From an uncultured delta proteobacterium (GTDB lineage Bacteria; Myxococcota_A; Polyangia; Polyangiales; Polyangiaceae), in the NCBI GenBank assembly GCA_963806225.1, contig CAWDXG010000004.1:2624001-2688000 (forward strand): DNA of 64,000 bases, given 5' to 3'. The notes beneath the pieces are model-generated. The model saw only the letters and a program-made list of their open reading frames with translations, ran no database searches and was not told where the DNA came from. A program made the translations under genes and the position numbers. Every line of letters starts with the position of its first letter. Within the stretch, counting starts at the first letter, position 1. This document shows, in pieces, positions 10,480 to 20,028 of this stretch.

Positions 10480-12339
10480 TTGAGACCAGCGACCGAGGGG
10501 TTGACGCGTCTGGCACTGCTCCTTTCCCTGTTCCTGCTTCCCGCGTGCGGCGGGGGCGGGAGCGCGGGCGGAGGGGGCTCCACGGGAGGGGCCGGCGGCA
10601 ACGGCGGCGGTGGAACCGGCGGCGCCACGGGCACGAGCTACGGAACCTGCAGCATCGACCGCTGGTGCTGGGAGCGTCCCTCACCCCAGGGCAACCAGCT
10701 CTTCGACGTGTGGGCCGACAAGCTGACCAACGTCTGGGCGGTCGGCGCACACGGCGTGATCCTGCATCACGACGGCGTCAACTGGAGCGGCACGTACGCC
10801 CCCGGACATAGCGTTCTGCACAGCGTGTGGGGCAGCGGGCCGTCGGACATCTGGGCTGTGGGCGACGACAGCGCCGTCGTGCACTTCGACGGCACCGGAT
10901 GGGCGAGCTTCAACGTGGATCCCGGCAGCGACGCGGGCACGCCGCCAACGCACGCCTTCCGGGCGGTGACAGGAACCGGCCCGAACGACGTGTGGGCGTT
11001 CGGCGGCGGCGGCATCATCTACCACTACGACGGGTCCGGCTGGACGAGCGACACCAGTCCGATCACCAGCACGCTCCTGAGCGCGTGGGCCGACCCCAGC
11101 GGCGAGGTGTGGGCCGTCGGCGTCCAGGGCAAGATCATCCACTACGACGGCACGAGCTGGAAGGCGCAGGCGAGCGGCGCTACCACGACGCTCTACGCCG
11201 TGCGCGGCACGAGCGCGAGCGACGTCTGGGCGACGGGCGGCAACGTAGTGCTGCACTACGACGGCACAAGCTGGAAGAACGGCGCTGCCGGAACCGCCGC
11301 GGGCACCATTGGCGGAGCCATCGCACTGGCGCTCGACGGTCAAGAGGTCTGGGAGTTCGGCAGCGGTGGACGCGCCGCGCGCTACGACGGCAGCACGTGG
11401 ACCGCCCTGAGCACGGGAATCAGCGACACCCTCTGGGGCGCCACCCAGCTGGAGTCCGGCAAGGTGCTCGCCGTCGGCGATCACGGCGCGCTGCTCTACT
11501 ACGCCGGCGACAAGCGCGCCCAGCTGACCGCGGGCGGCGCGAAGAACCACTTGGCGGTAAGCGGCAGCAGCAGCAGCGACGTGTGGGTGGTGGGCGACGA
11601 GGTGCTGCACTTCAACGGCAAGAGCTGGAGCGTCATCGATACCAAGAACCCGCGCTCGCTCTACGGCGTGGAAGCCGACGCCCCGGACAGCGCCATCGCC
11701 GTCGGCACCGGCGGCACCCTGCTGACCTGGGACGGTTCCGCGTGGACCCCTACGGTGAGCGGCACCGGCAACTGGCTGCGCGGCGTGTGGAGCGACCGGC
11801 AGGGCACCGCGTTCGCCGTCGGCGCAGCGGGCACCACCGTGAAGCTGTCCAGCGTGGCTGGCTGGGCGAAGCTGCCGAGCGGCGTCGGTGTGACGCTGAA
11901 TGCCGTGTGGGGCGCGGACGCGAGCCGCGTCTGGGCCGTCGGCGACAGCGGCACCGTGCTCGGCTGGGATACCGTCAAGTGGACGAAGATGAGCGTCACG
12001 TACGAAGGCGGAGCCGCGCCTTCACTGCGCGCGGTGTGGGGCAGCGGTCCGGACAGCGTGTGGGCTGTGGGCTCCAACGGCAGCGTGCTCTTCTATGACG
12101 GGACGAGCTGGGCCGAACAGACGGGCGGCGAGGACTATTCGCTGAACGCCATCTGGGGCAGCTCGGACAAGGACGTGTGGGCCGCCGGCACGGGAGGCAC
12201 GCTGCTGCACTTCGACGGGTCCGGCTGGACGCCATCCGATAGCGGCACGAGCGTGACGCTCGACGGCCTATGGGGCGCGAGCGGCAGCGACGTGCGGGCG
12301 GTCGGCGAAGACGGCCTGATCCTGCACTACCAGCCCTGA
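10480..12339 (+). CDS. Beta-propeller repeat lipoprotein (WD40/YVTN/BNR-like)
   Basis: Lipobox LLPAC; about 14 repeats of L.xVWG....DVWAVG..G.ILH(Y/F)DG..W. Start uncertain (TTG 10480 or 10501). Confidence 0.85.
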   Translation: MRPATEGLTRLALLLSLFLLPACGGGGSAGGGGSTGGAGGNGGGGTGGATGTSYGTCSIDRWCWERPSPQGNQLFDVWADKLTNVWAVGAHGVILHHDGVNWSGTYAPGHSVLHSVWGSGPSDIWAVGDDSAVVHFDGTGWASFNVDPGSDAGTPPTHAFRAVTGTGPNDVWAFGGGGIIYHYDGSGWTSDTSPITSTLLSAWADPSGEVWAVGVQGKIIHYDGTSWKAQASGATTTLYAVRGTSASDVWATGGNVVLHYDGTSWKNGAAGTAAGTIGGAIALALDGQEVWEFGSGGRAARYDGSTWTALSTGISDTLWGATQLESGKVLAVGDHGALLYYAGDKRAQLTAGGAKNHLAVSGSSSSDVWVVGDEVLHFNGKSWSVIDTKNPRSLYGVEADAPDSAIAVGTGGTLLTWDGSAWTPTVSGTGNWLRGVWSDRQGTAFAVGAAGTTVKLSSVAGWAKLPSGVGVTLNAVWGADASRVWAVGDSGTVLGWDTVKWTKMSVTYEGGAAPSLRAVWGSGPDSVWAVGSNGSVLFYDGTSWAEQTGGEDYSLNAIWGSSDKDVWAAGTGGTLLHFDGSGWTPSDSGTSVTLDGLWGASGSDVRAVGEDGLILHYQP

Positions 12340-12444
12340 CCGGAAATCCTGCGGCGGCGTATCCAGCGTCGATCCTGCTGCATCGACGCCCCCCTTGCAG
12401 GAAGGCGCTCTGCCGCGTATGGCACGTAGCGTCATAGGCCCCCA

Positions 12445-13656
12445 ATGAGCGACAAAGAGCACGAAAACCGCATCGTCCTGCACATCGCCGGCACGGATCG
12501 CCCGGGCGTCACCGCACGCCTGGCCGGGATCATCGCCGAGGAAAACGCCGAGCTGGTCAATATCGGCCAGTCCGCGCTCAACGGCTACCTGATGCTGTCG
12601 GCGATCGTCGACATCCCCTCGAACAGCAACGCGCTCCGACGCATCCTGTTCGACGCGGCCGAGCAGGGGCTCAAGCTCGAGGTGAGTGCGTTCCGCCCGC
12701 AGATCGAGTCGCGGCCCACCGAGATGCCGGGCCTGTGCATCACCGTGCTGGGCGACCTCGCCCACGGCGGCGCCGTGGCCGCGCTGACCCGCTTCATGGC
12801 CACGCGCGGCATGAATATCCACGAGATCCGCTCGCTGAGCGAAGAAGCGCTGACAGGCCTGGAGCTGATTGCAGACGTGGATCCCGGCAAGGAGCTGGGC
12901 GATCAGGGCTTTGCCGATCTGCGCGGCGCGTTTCTCCGGCTGGGCAAGGAGCTGGGAGTCGACCTGGCGGTGCAGAAGGACGACATCTTCCGCCGAAACA
13001 AGCGGCTGGTGTGCATGGACGTGGACTCGACGTTCGTGAAGGGCGAGTTCATCGACGAGCTGGCGGAGCTGGTAGACGTCAAGGAACAGGTCGCCGCCAT
13101 CACCGCCCGCGCCATGCGCGGCGAGATCGAGTTCAAGCAGGCGCTAGCCGAGCGCGTGAAGCTGCTCGAGGGGCTGCCCATCCAGAAGGCCAAGGAGCTG
13201 GGCGACAAGCTCGAGCTGACACCGGGCGCGAAGAGCTTCGTGCGTACGCTCAAGAGCCTGGGCTTCCGTGTGGGGCTGGTGAGCGGAGGCTTCGACTTCT
13301 TCGTCGACGAGCTGAAGACGCGCTTCGGACTCGACTTCGCCTTCGCCAACGAGCTCGAGGTCAACGACGGCATCCTCACCGGCCGCGTACAGGGCACAGT
13401 CGTTGATCCCGAGCGCAAGGCCCAGATCCTGCGCGACATGGCCAAGGTCTACAAGTGCCGGCTGGAGCAGACGGTCGCCATCGGCGACGGCGCCAACGAC
13501 ATGCTGATGCTGCAGACCGCCGGCCTCGGCATCGCCTTCCGCGCCAAGCCCAAGCTGCAGGAAGTGGCGGACATGAGCCTGAATCACCACGAGCGGCTCG
13601 ACACGCTGCTGTTCCTGATGGGGTTCAACGCCCGCGACCTGCGCAGCGTGGAGTAG
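12445..13656 (+). CDS. serB: Phosphoserine phosphatase with two ACT domains
   Basis: N-terminal ACT (GTDRPGVT), HAD motifs DVDST, SGGF, K and GDGAND. Confidence 0.95.
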   Translation: MSDKEHENRIVLHIAGTDRPGVTARLAGIIAEENAELVNIGQSALNGYLMLSAIVDIPSNSNALRRILFDAAEQGLKLEVSAFRPQIESRPTEMPGLCITVLGDLAHGGAVAALTRFMATRGMNIHEIRSLSEEALTGLELIADVDPGKELGDQGFADLRGAFLRLGKELGVDLAVQKDDIFRRNKRLVCMDVDSTFVKGEFIDELAELVDVKEQVAAITARAMRGEIEFKQALAERVKLLEGLPIQKAKELGDKLELTPGAKSFVRTLKSLGFRVGLVSGGFDFFVDELKTRFGLDFAFANELEVNDGILTGRVQGTVVDPERKAQILRDMAKVYKCRLEQTVAIGDGANDMLMLQTAGLGIAFRAKPKLQEVADMSLNHHERLDTLLFLMGFNARDLRSVE

Positions 13657-13665
13657 CAGCCGGTC

Positions 13666-14172
13666 TCAAGGGTAGTAGCACTTCACCGTGAGCCCGCCGC
13701 CCTGGTCGTCGCACGTGCAGCTCGGAAGATACTGCTCGTGAGCGCCGACACAGGCGCAGGAGGGCGAGCCGGTGCAGTCGGCAGGGAGTGGCACGCAGTG
13801 CGTGTTCGCGCCGGCGTCGCTGCAGGCAAGCCCCGCGTCGGGCGGTGACCCGAAGATCGGCGACGCACCCGCATAGTCGATGTGGCAGTAGTGCGTCGTG
13901 CCGTCACAGCACACGCCGTCGCAGTCGAACACGCCGGCGTCGATCGTTCCGGAGTCCGGCCAGGGGTTTGCGGCCGGCGAATCGGGGGCTGCGTCGAAGC
14001 CAGGCAAGCCCGCGCTCCCCGCGGCGGCGCCGCCGCCCGCCGCACCGCCCCCTGCTGCCGCACTGCCTCCCGCGCCAGCCCCGCCGCCGTTCGCGCTGCT
14101 CGATGACCCGCATCCCGCTGCCAGCCCCACCGTCGCGAGAAGCACCGCCGTCGCCCGCCACCACGTCGCCAT
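13666..14172 (-). CDS. Hypothetical Cys-rich lipoprotein
   Basis: MATWWRATAVLLATVGLAAGC lipobox, Gly/Ala linker, C-terminal Cys-rich domain. Confidence 0.75.
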   Translation of the reverse strand: MATWWRATAVLLATVGLAAGCGSSSSANGGGAGAGGSAAAGGGAAGGGAAAGSAGLPGFDAAPDSPAANPWPDSGTIDAGVFDCDGVCCDGTTHYCHIDYAGASPIFGSPPDAGLACSDAGANTHCVPLPADCTGSPSCACVGAHEQYLPSCTCDDQGGGLTVKCYYP

Positions 14173-14239
14173 GCTGTCATTCTGCGCGCTTCCTCCACGG
14201 AAGTCACATGATCCGGATCGCAGGCGGTACAATCAGGCG

Positions 14240-15085
14240 ATGAGCACCCGCCCCTATCGCCGCTGGGAAGCGCTGCTCGATCGCTTCGTCGACGACGAGC
14301 TGGCCGAACGCGTCGAACGCGCGGGCCTCGGCGTCAACGAGTACGGCTACGACCGCTGGGGCGCGTCCGCGGCCGCGGCCCGGCGGGCATTGCCGATCCT
14401 GAGGCTTCTGTACCAGCGCTACTTCCGCGTCGAGACGCGCGGGCTCGGGAACATACCCGAGGGCCGCGTGCTCTTGATCTCGAACCACAGCGCCCAGCTC
14501 GCCTACGACGGCATGCTGATCGGCGCGGCCCTGGCGCTGGAGGCCGAGCCGCCCCGCTTCGTGCGCACCATGATCGAGCGCTTCTTCGCCGAGCCGCCCT
14601 TCGTCAATCTTTTCATGACGCGAATGGGCCAGCTCATCGGCCTGCCGTCGCACGCGCGGCGTCTGCTCACTGAAGAAGAGGCCGCAGTTCTGGTCTTCCC
14701 CGAGGGCGAGCGCGGCGGCGGCAAGGTGTGGAAGGACCGTTACCGCATCATGGGGTTCGGGCAGGGCTTCCTCAGGCTGGCGCTCGAGACGAAGACGCCC
14801 ATCGTACCGATCGGGTTCGTGGGCGGCGAGGAGATGTGCCCTAGCCTGAGCCGCATGGAACCGCTCGCGCGGCTGCTCGGCCTGCCCTACATCCCGCTCA
14901 CACCGACGATCCTGCCCCTACCGTTGCCGGTGAAGGTGCTGATCAACTTCGGCGAGCCGCTCCGCTTCGAGGGAACCGGCAACGAGGAGGACGACGTGAT
15001 CCGCCCCATGGTGGCGCGTGTGGAACACGAGGTGAAGGCGCTCATCGACGAGGGGCTCGAGCTGAGGGAGGGCGTGTTCGGATGA
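14240..15085 (+). CDS. Lysophospholipid/glycerol acyltransferase family protein
   Basis: SNHSAQLAYDG (NH..D block), VFPEG, PIVP motifs. Confidence 0.9.
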   Translation: MSTRPYRRWEALLDRFVDDELAERVERAGLGVNEYGYDRWGASAAAARRALPILRLLYQRYFRVETRGLGNIPEGRVLLISNHSAQLAYDGMLIGAALALEAEPPRFVRTMIERFFAEPPFVNLFMTRMGQLIGLPSHARRLLTEEEAAVLVFPEGERGGGKVWKDRYRIMGFGQGFLRLALETKTPIVPIGFVGGEEMCPSLSRMEPLARLLGLPYIPLTPTILPLPLPVKVLINFGEPLRFEGTGNEEDDVIRPMVARVEHEVKALIDEGLELREGVFG

Positions 15086-16017
15086 GCGACAGTGTGCTCG
15101 TGACCGGCGCAGCCGGCTCGGTCGGGCGCATCGCCGTCCGCCAGCTGACGCGTGCGGGGCACCGCGTGATCGCGGTCGACCGCCGCAAGCCGGACTACCT
15201 GCCCTCGGGCGCCAGCCGGCACCAACTCGATGTGCGCAAGCGCGGCTTCGACGACCTGCTCAAGCGCGAGCGGCCGAGGGCGCTCGTGCACCTGGCGCGC
15301 ATTTCCAGCTTCGAGGTGCCCGCCGCCGAGCGTCACCGCGTCAATTTCGAGGGCACCGTACGCGTCTTCGAGGCCGCGCTCGCCGCCGGCGTGAAGAAGC
15401 TCGTGCTGCTCAGCCGCCACACCGTCTACGGCGCGCTGCCCGATCAGCCACAGTTCCTGGGCGAGGAACATCCGCCCTCGGCCGGCCGCACCTTCCCGGA
15501 GATCCATGACCTGGTCGCGGCCGACCTGTACGCAGCCGGGATGCTGTGGCAGCACCCGGAAGCCGAGGTCGTGGTGCTGCGCCCCGTGAACACCCTGGGC
15601 GCCGGGGCGAACACGCTGTTCTCGCGCTATCTCATGCAGCCGCGCGTCTTCACCATCGCCGGCTTCAATCCGCTCTACCAGCTCTTGCACGAGGACGACC
15701 TCGGCGTCGCCGTGGAGCTCTCGCTTGCGTCCGGCGTCCGCGGCGTGTTCAACGTGACCGGTCCCGGCGACGTGCCGCTGCACATCATCGTGGAGGAGTG
15801 CGGCGCGCGGCGCGTACCGCTGCCGGAGCCCGTCGTACGCCTGGTGCGCGGCCGGCTCGGCTTTCCGAGCATCCCCCAGGGCGCCGTCGATTTCCTGAAA
15901 TACCCTTGCACAGTCGACGGCAGCCGCTTCCAGCAGGCCACCGGCTTCGCTCCGACGCACACGCTTCCCGATACGCTGGCCGACATGCGCGAGCGGCGGC
16001 GCGCGCGGTACGGCTAG
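15082..16017 (+). CDS. NAD-dependent epimerase/dehydratase (SDR)
   Basis: VTGAAGSVG Rossmann motif, VHLA, VYGA; ATGA overlap with the acyltransferase gene. Confidence 0.88.
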   Translation: MSDSVLVTGAAGSVGRIAVRQLTRAGHRVIAVDRRKPDYLPSGASRHQLDVRKRGFDDLLKRERPRALVHLARISSFEVPAAERHRVNFEGTVRVFEAALAAGVKKLVLLSRHTVYGALPDQPQFLGEEHPPSAGRTFPEIHDLVAADLYAAGMLWQHPEAEVVVLRPVNTLGAGANTLFSRYLMQPRVFTIAGFNPLYQLLHEDDLGVAVELSLASGVRGVFNVTGPGDVPLHIIVEECGARRVPLPEPVVRLVRGRLGFPSIPQGAVDFLKYPCTVDGSRFQQATGFAPTHTLPDTLADMRERRRARYG

Positions 16018-16103
16018 CGACCACCGTCCCCAACATCCAGCGACAACCGGACCGCCAGCGGGCGAGGCGCGGGGCGTGGCCGCAGGCGATCCGGCAGCGC
16101 TGG

Positions 16104-17039
16104 CTAGTCGAACTCGACCGGGCTCTGGGCGCGCATATTGACGTGGAGCTGGAAGATATCCGGACGCGCATAGTGTCCGGTGACGTCCAGCGCGCGCTTC
16201 GCGATCGCCGCGCGCTGGCTGTCGATGTCCGCGTACAGGATGCCCTGTTCGTTGCGTAGGGGCCCGGCAATGATCTCGCCGCCGGGAGCGACCACGACCG
16301 AATCGCCGGGATTGATCCAGTCCTCGTCGTCCGGGTAGAGCGCCTCCCGGCCCGGAAAGTCTTCCGGGATGTCACTGGCTTTCAACGCTGTCCCCGAGCC
16401 CACCACCCAGCAGCGCCCTTCCCGGGCAATGTGCTGCATGGTACCGATCCAGCCGTCGCCGCTGTCGTAGGTGGGAGCGATGTGGATCTCGATTCCCTGC
16501 GCGTAGAGGGCGTACCGGGCGAGCGGCATGAAGTTCTCCCAGCACACCAGCGTTCCAATCCGTCCGCACGGCGTGTCGACCACCTTCAGGCCGGACGCAT
16601 CTCCGAAGCCCCAGACCATCCGCTCGGGGTTGGTGGGCATCAGCTTGCGGTGGCGATTGAGCAACTCCCCGTCCGGTCCTATCACCACCACGGTGTTGTA
16701 GAGGGTCGAACGACTCAAGGCGTCGTCGCGCTCGTCCAGCCCGCAGACGAGGGTCACGCCGTGCTGCTTCGCGGCCACGAACAGCGGCTCCAGGTCGGTG
16801 CTGGCCAGGTCGACGGCGTTGTCGAGCAGGCGGGCATGGATCGCTTCGGACAGGGCATGGTCTCCCCCCGGGCGCAGACGCCAGATCCAGGCCGGATAGC
16901 CGGGGATGAACGCCTCGGGAAACACGATCAGCTCGGCGCCCTGCGCTGCCGCCTCGTTCACGAGCGCGACCGCCTTGTCGAGGGTCGCGCGCTTGTCGAG
17001 GAAAGCCGGCGCTTCCTGGACGATTGCCAGTTTCGACAT
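16104..17039 (-). CDS. Nitrilase (carbon-nitrogen hydrolase)
   Basis: Glu-Lys-Cys triad: FPEAF, HRKLMPT, LVCWEN; C-terminal DVTGHYARPD. Confidence 0.93.
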   Translation of the reverse strand: MSKLAIVQEAPAFLDKRATLDKAVALVNEAAAQGAELIVFPEAFIPGYPAWIWRLRPGGDHALSEAIHARLLDNAVDLASTDLEPLFVAAKQHGVTLVCGLDERDDALSRSTLYNTVVVIGPDGELLNRHRKLMPTNPERMVWGFGDASGLKVVDTPCGRIGTLVCWENFMPLARYALYAQGIEIHIAPTYDSGDGWIGTMQHIAREGRCWVVGSGTALKASDIPEDFPGREALYPDDEDWINPGDSVVVAPGGEIIAGPLRNEQGILYADIDSQRAAIAKRALDVTGHYARPDIFQLHVNMRAQSPVEFD

Positions 17040-17261
17040 TGTGATGCCTCCCCCTCCCTCTCTAGCGCGGCGCGCGCCCAGGCGCGAATCCGCAAAGCCC
17101 GGGCACGGCGCCCGTCCGTGCTCGGCTTGCGCCGCGTCGTTTCGCGACGTGAAACCCTCCGGGACGCTCCAACGTACTTTTCGCACGCGCGAGCCTCGCG
17201 CGGGCGCTCATTTTTCCGGTCGGTTGGCCTTGTGCAACCGGCGTCGATACGGTGCTTTCCG

Positions 17262-17372
17262 ATGCTACGTCCGGCTCCTGTTCTCCTCCTCGCTGCGCTT
17301 TCCGTCGCTGCCTGCTCCAGCGGAGGCGGCAACGGCGTGGGCACCACGAAAATCTGCGCGGAGCTACAGTGA
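17262..17372 (+). CDS. Very short lipoprotein-like ORF (36 aa) or gene remnant
   Basis: MLRPAPVLLLAALSVAACSSGGGNGVGTTKICAELQ; its TGA overlaps the next ATG (TGATG). Confidence 0.4.
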   Translation: MLRPAPVLLLAALSVAACSSGGGNGVGTTKICAELQ

Positions 17373-17941
17373 TGGCCAGGCTCGGCTCCCGCGTGACTGG
17401 ACTAGCGGCAAGCGCTGCACCGCTCTGGGTCCGCGCGCTCTTCGCGCTGCAACGCCGCCGCCATGGCGTCGTCTTCGAGCCGACGCGTATCTGGGCGCGC
17501 GCGCCGCAAGCACTGCGCGGCTTCTTGCACTTCGGTGCGGCGGTGGATCGGAACAGCTCGCCCATCGAACCTTCCCTGCGCTCGCTGGTAATGGTCAAGA
17601 TCTCGCAGCTCAACAGTTGCGCGTTCTGCATCGATCTCAACGCCGCACGTCTGCGCGAGCGCGGGGTCGAACTGGACAAGGCGCTCGAGCTCTCCCACTA
17701 CGAAACCTCCGACCGCTTCTCCGACAGGGAGCGCGCGGCGCTCGACTATGCCGCGGCGATGACGCTGCCGGACGGGGGCGTCGACGACGCGGTCTTCGAG
17801 CGCCTGCGCGGCTTCTTCGACGACGACGCCATCGTGGAGCTCACGGCCCTCGTCGCGCTGCAGAACGCCTCGAGCAAGTTCAACGCGGCGCTGGGCATCC
17901 CGTCGCAGGGGTTCTGTCCCGCCGTATCGCAGGCTGGGTAG
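17372..17941 (+). CDS. Carboxymuconolactone decarboxylase/AhpD family protein
   Basis: SQLNSCAFCID CxxC, FSDRERAALDYA, IVELT...QN..SKFN. Confidence 0.88.
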   Translation: MARLGSRVTGLAASAAPLWVRALFALQRRRHGVVFEPTRIWARAPQALRGFLHFGAAVDRNSSPIEPSLRSLVMVKISQLNSCAFCIDLNAARLRERGVELDKALELSHYETSDRFSDRERAALDYAAAMTLPDGGVDDAVFERLRGFFDDDAIVELTALVALQNASSKFNAALGIPSQGFCPAVSQAG

Positions 17942-18087
17942 CGCGAGCGGCACCCCGCGGGCCTGCTCTTCGCCGATGTGGGGTGCCCAGAGGTGGATGC
18001 CCAGCGCCCAGCCCGCGTACGCCTGCGCACGACGGGGCGACCGCTGGTTCGGGGACCGGCGCGCGGGGGCGGTGCTATCGTACCGGC

Positions 18088-19935
18088 ATGAGCTCGGCGC
18101 AAGATCCGGACGGTGCGGTGCGCGAAGGGGCCGTCGGCTGGCTTGACCTGATTTTCCGTCGCTCGTCGGAAGCCGTCGTCATCGGGACCGCGACGGGCAT
18201 CATCATCAACGCCAACGCCGCCGCCGAGCGCCTGTTCGGCTACGCCTCGGGAGAGATGAAGGGGCTCGTACAGGCAGACACCATCGACGACCCCAAACGC
18301 CTGGCCGAGGCGGTCGCCCAGGGCGAGCGCACCGGCGCGTTCGGAGGCGAGCTCTGGCTGGTCCGGAAAGACGGCACGCGCTTCGAAGGCGCGGTGTTCA
18401 CCGTGCGCTTCGATACGGAGGGAGGCCAGCGCATCTGGATGATGATCCACAACGTGTCAGCCCTGCGCGAGAGCGAGCTGCAGTTCCGTGCACTCTCCGA
18501 AGCCACGTTCGAGGCCGTGGTCGTCCACGATGCAGGCAGCATCCTGTTTGCCAACGCTTCGGCGCACAAGATGTACCGAGTCGAGGATCTCGGCGGCCGG
18601 AGCTTGTTCGACTATGTCGCGCCGGAGTCCCTCGACGTGGTGCGCCAGATGAGCACGACGGGCGACGGCCGTCCGTACGAGGCGATCGGCATGCGGGCGG
18701 ACGGCTCCACCTTCGCAGTCGAAGCGCGCGGACGGTCCGTCCAGTATCGAGGTCGGACGGTGCGCATCGTGACCATGCGCGATGTGTCCGAACGAAAGCG
18801 TCTGGAGGCCGATCTCGCCGTGCGCGAGAGGCTGGCAACCATGGGCCGGCTCGCGGCCGGTGTCGCGCACGAGGTAAACAATCCTCTCACCTTTGCCATG
18901 CTCAACCTCGAAGGTGTGACGCGAGCGCTCGCGAGCGGAACTGCCGGCGAAGAACAGCGACCACGGCTCCTGGAGATGCTGGGCCACATCCAGACCGGGC
19001 TCGAACGCGTCAGCCGGGTCGTCCAGGACATGCGCACGATCTCGCGCGTCGATGCGCCGCCCACCTCGTCCGTGTCGGTGGGACGGGTCATTACCTACGC
19101 AGCGTCCGTCGCGGCACCCGAGGCGCGGACGCGCGCCATGCTCGACGTGGACGTGCCCGACGCGCTCTACGTGCGCGGCGACGAGGCCCGCCTGGGGCAG
19201 GTATTCGTGAACCTGCTGATGAACGCCGCGCAGTCGATCCCGGAGGGCGAGCCCGCCGCGAACCGGGTGGAGGTCCGGGCGAAACGGCTGGGCGACGAGG
19301 TCGAGGTCACCGTTGTCGACACCGGCTCCGGTATCCCGGAGGCAGTGCGCGCGCATCTCTTCGAACCGTTCTACAGCACGAAGGCGGCGGGAGCCGGCGT
19401 GGGGCTGGGGCTCTCGATCTGCCAAGCGATCGTGACATCCTTCGGCGGGACCATCGCCGCTGACAAGACGACCGGGCACGGGACCTGCTTTCGCGTACGG
19501 CTGCCCTGCGCCGATACGGCGGACGCCCCCAGAGGAGCGGTCTCCACCACCGCGCAGGTCGCGCCGCGACGATGGCGCACGCTCGTGGTCGATGACGAGC
19601 CCATGCTCCGCAGCGTGGTTCAACAGATGCTCTCGCCGCAGTCCAACGTCGTCGCTGCCGAGAGCGTGGACGCTGCGCTCGCTGTCCTCGCGAGTGGGGC
19701 GGCGTTCGACGCGATCCTGTGCGACATCGTCATGCCCAAACGCTCGGGCATGGAGTTCTACGAGGAGCTGACCGGCCGTTTTCCCAAAATGGTCGACCAT
19801 GTCGGCTTCATCACCGGTGGGGTGCTCGACAACACCATCGAGGATTTCCTCGAGACCACTGGCCGGCCGCGCGTGTACAAGCCCTTCTCGGTCACGGAGC
19901 TCGTGGAGACCGTGCGGGCGCTCGCCGGCGACTGA
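18088..19935 (+). CDS. Hybrid sensor histidine kinase (PAS-PAS-HisKA-HATPase-REC)
   Basis: Two PAS-like segments, AHEVNNPL, NLLMNA, DTGSG, GLGL, C-terminal receiver VVDDE..CDIVMP..KPF. Confidence 0.93.
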   Translation: MSSAQDPDGAVREGAVGWLDLIFRRSSEAVVIGTATGIIINANAAAERLFGYASGEMKGLVQADTIDDPKRLAEAVAQGERTGAFGGELWLVRKDGTRFEGAVFTVRFDTEGGQRIWMMIHNVSALRESELQFRALSEATFEAVVVHDAGSILFANASAHKMYRVEDLGGRSLFDYVAPESLDVVRQMSTTGDGRPYEAIGMRADGSTFAVEARGRSVQYRGRTVRIVTMRDVSERKRLEADLAVRERLATMGRLAAGVAHEVNNPLTFAMLNLEGVTRALASGTAGEEQRPRLLEMLGHIQTGLERVSRVVQDMRTISRVDAPPTSSVSVGRVITYAASVAAPEARTRAMLDVDVPDALYVRGDEARLGQVFVNLLMNAAQSIPEGEPAANRVEVRAKRLGDEVEVTVVDTGSGIPEAVRAHLFEPFYSTKAAGAGVGLGLSICQAIVTSFGGTIAADKTTGHGTCFRVRLPCADTADAPRGAVSTTAQVAPRRWRTLVVDDEPMLRSVVQQMLSPQSNVVAAESVDAALAVLASGAAFDAILCDIVMPKRSGMEFYEELTGRFPKMVDHVGFITGGVLDNTIEDFLETTGRPRVYKPFSVTELVETVRALAGD

Positions 19936-20028
19936 CCTCGTCGCCCCGCCGGGCGGCTCCTGCCGGCCGCCGGGCCTTCGCCGACGGCGGTGACATTGCC
20001 GTGACCTTGGCCGTGGCAGGGTCGGGGG

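Noticed and set aside
16906..18087. N-terminal extension of the hybrid kinase to 1009 aa
   Set aside because: Overlaps the nitrilase and AhpD genes; the plausible start is ATG 18088.
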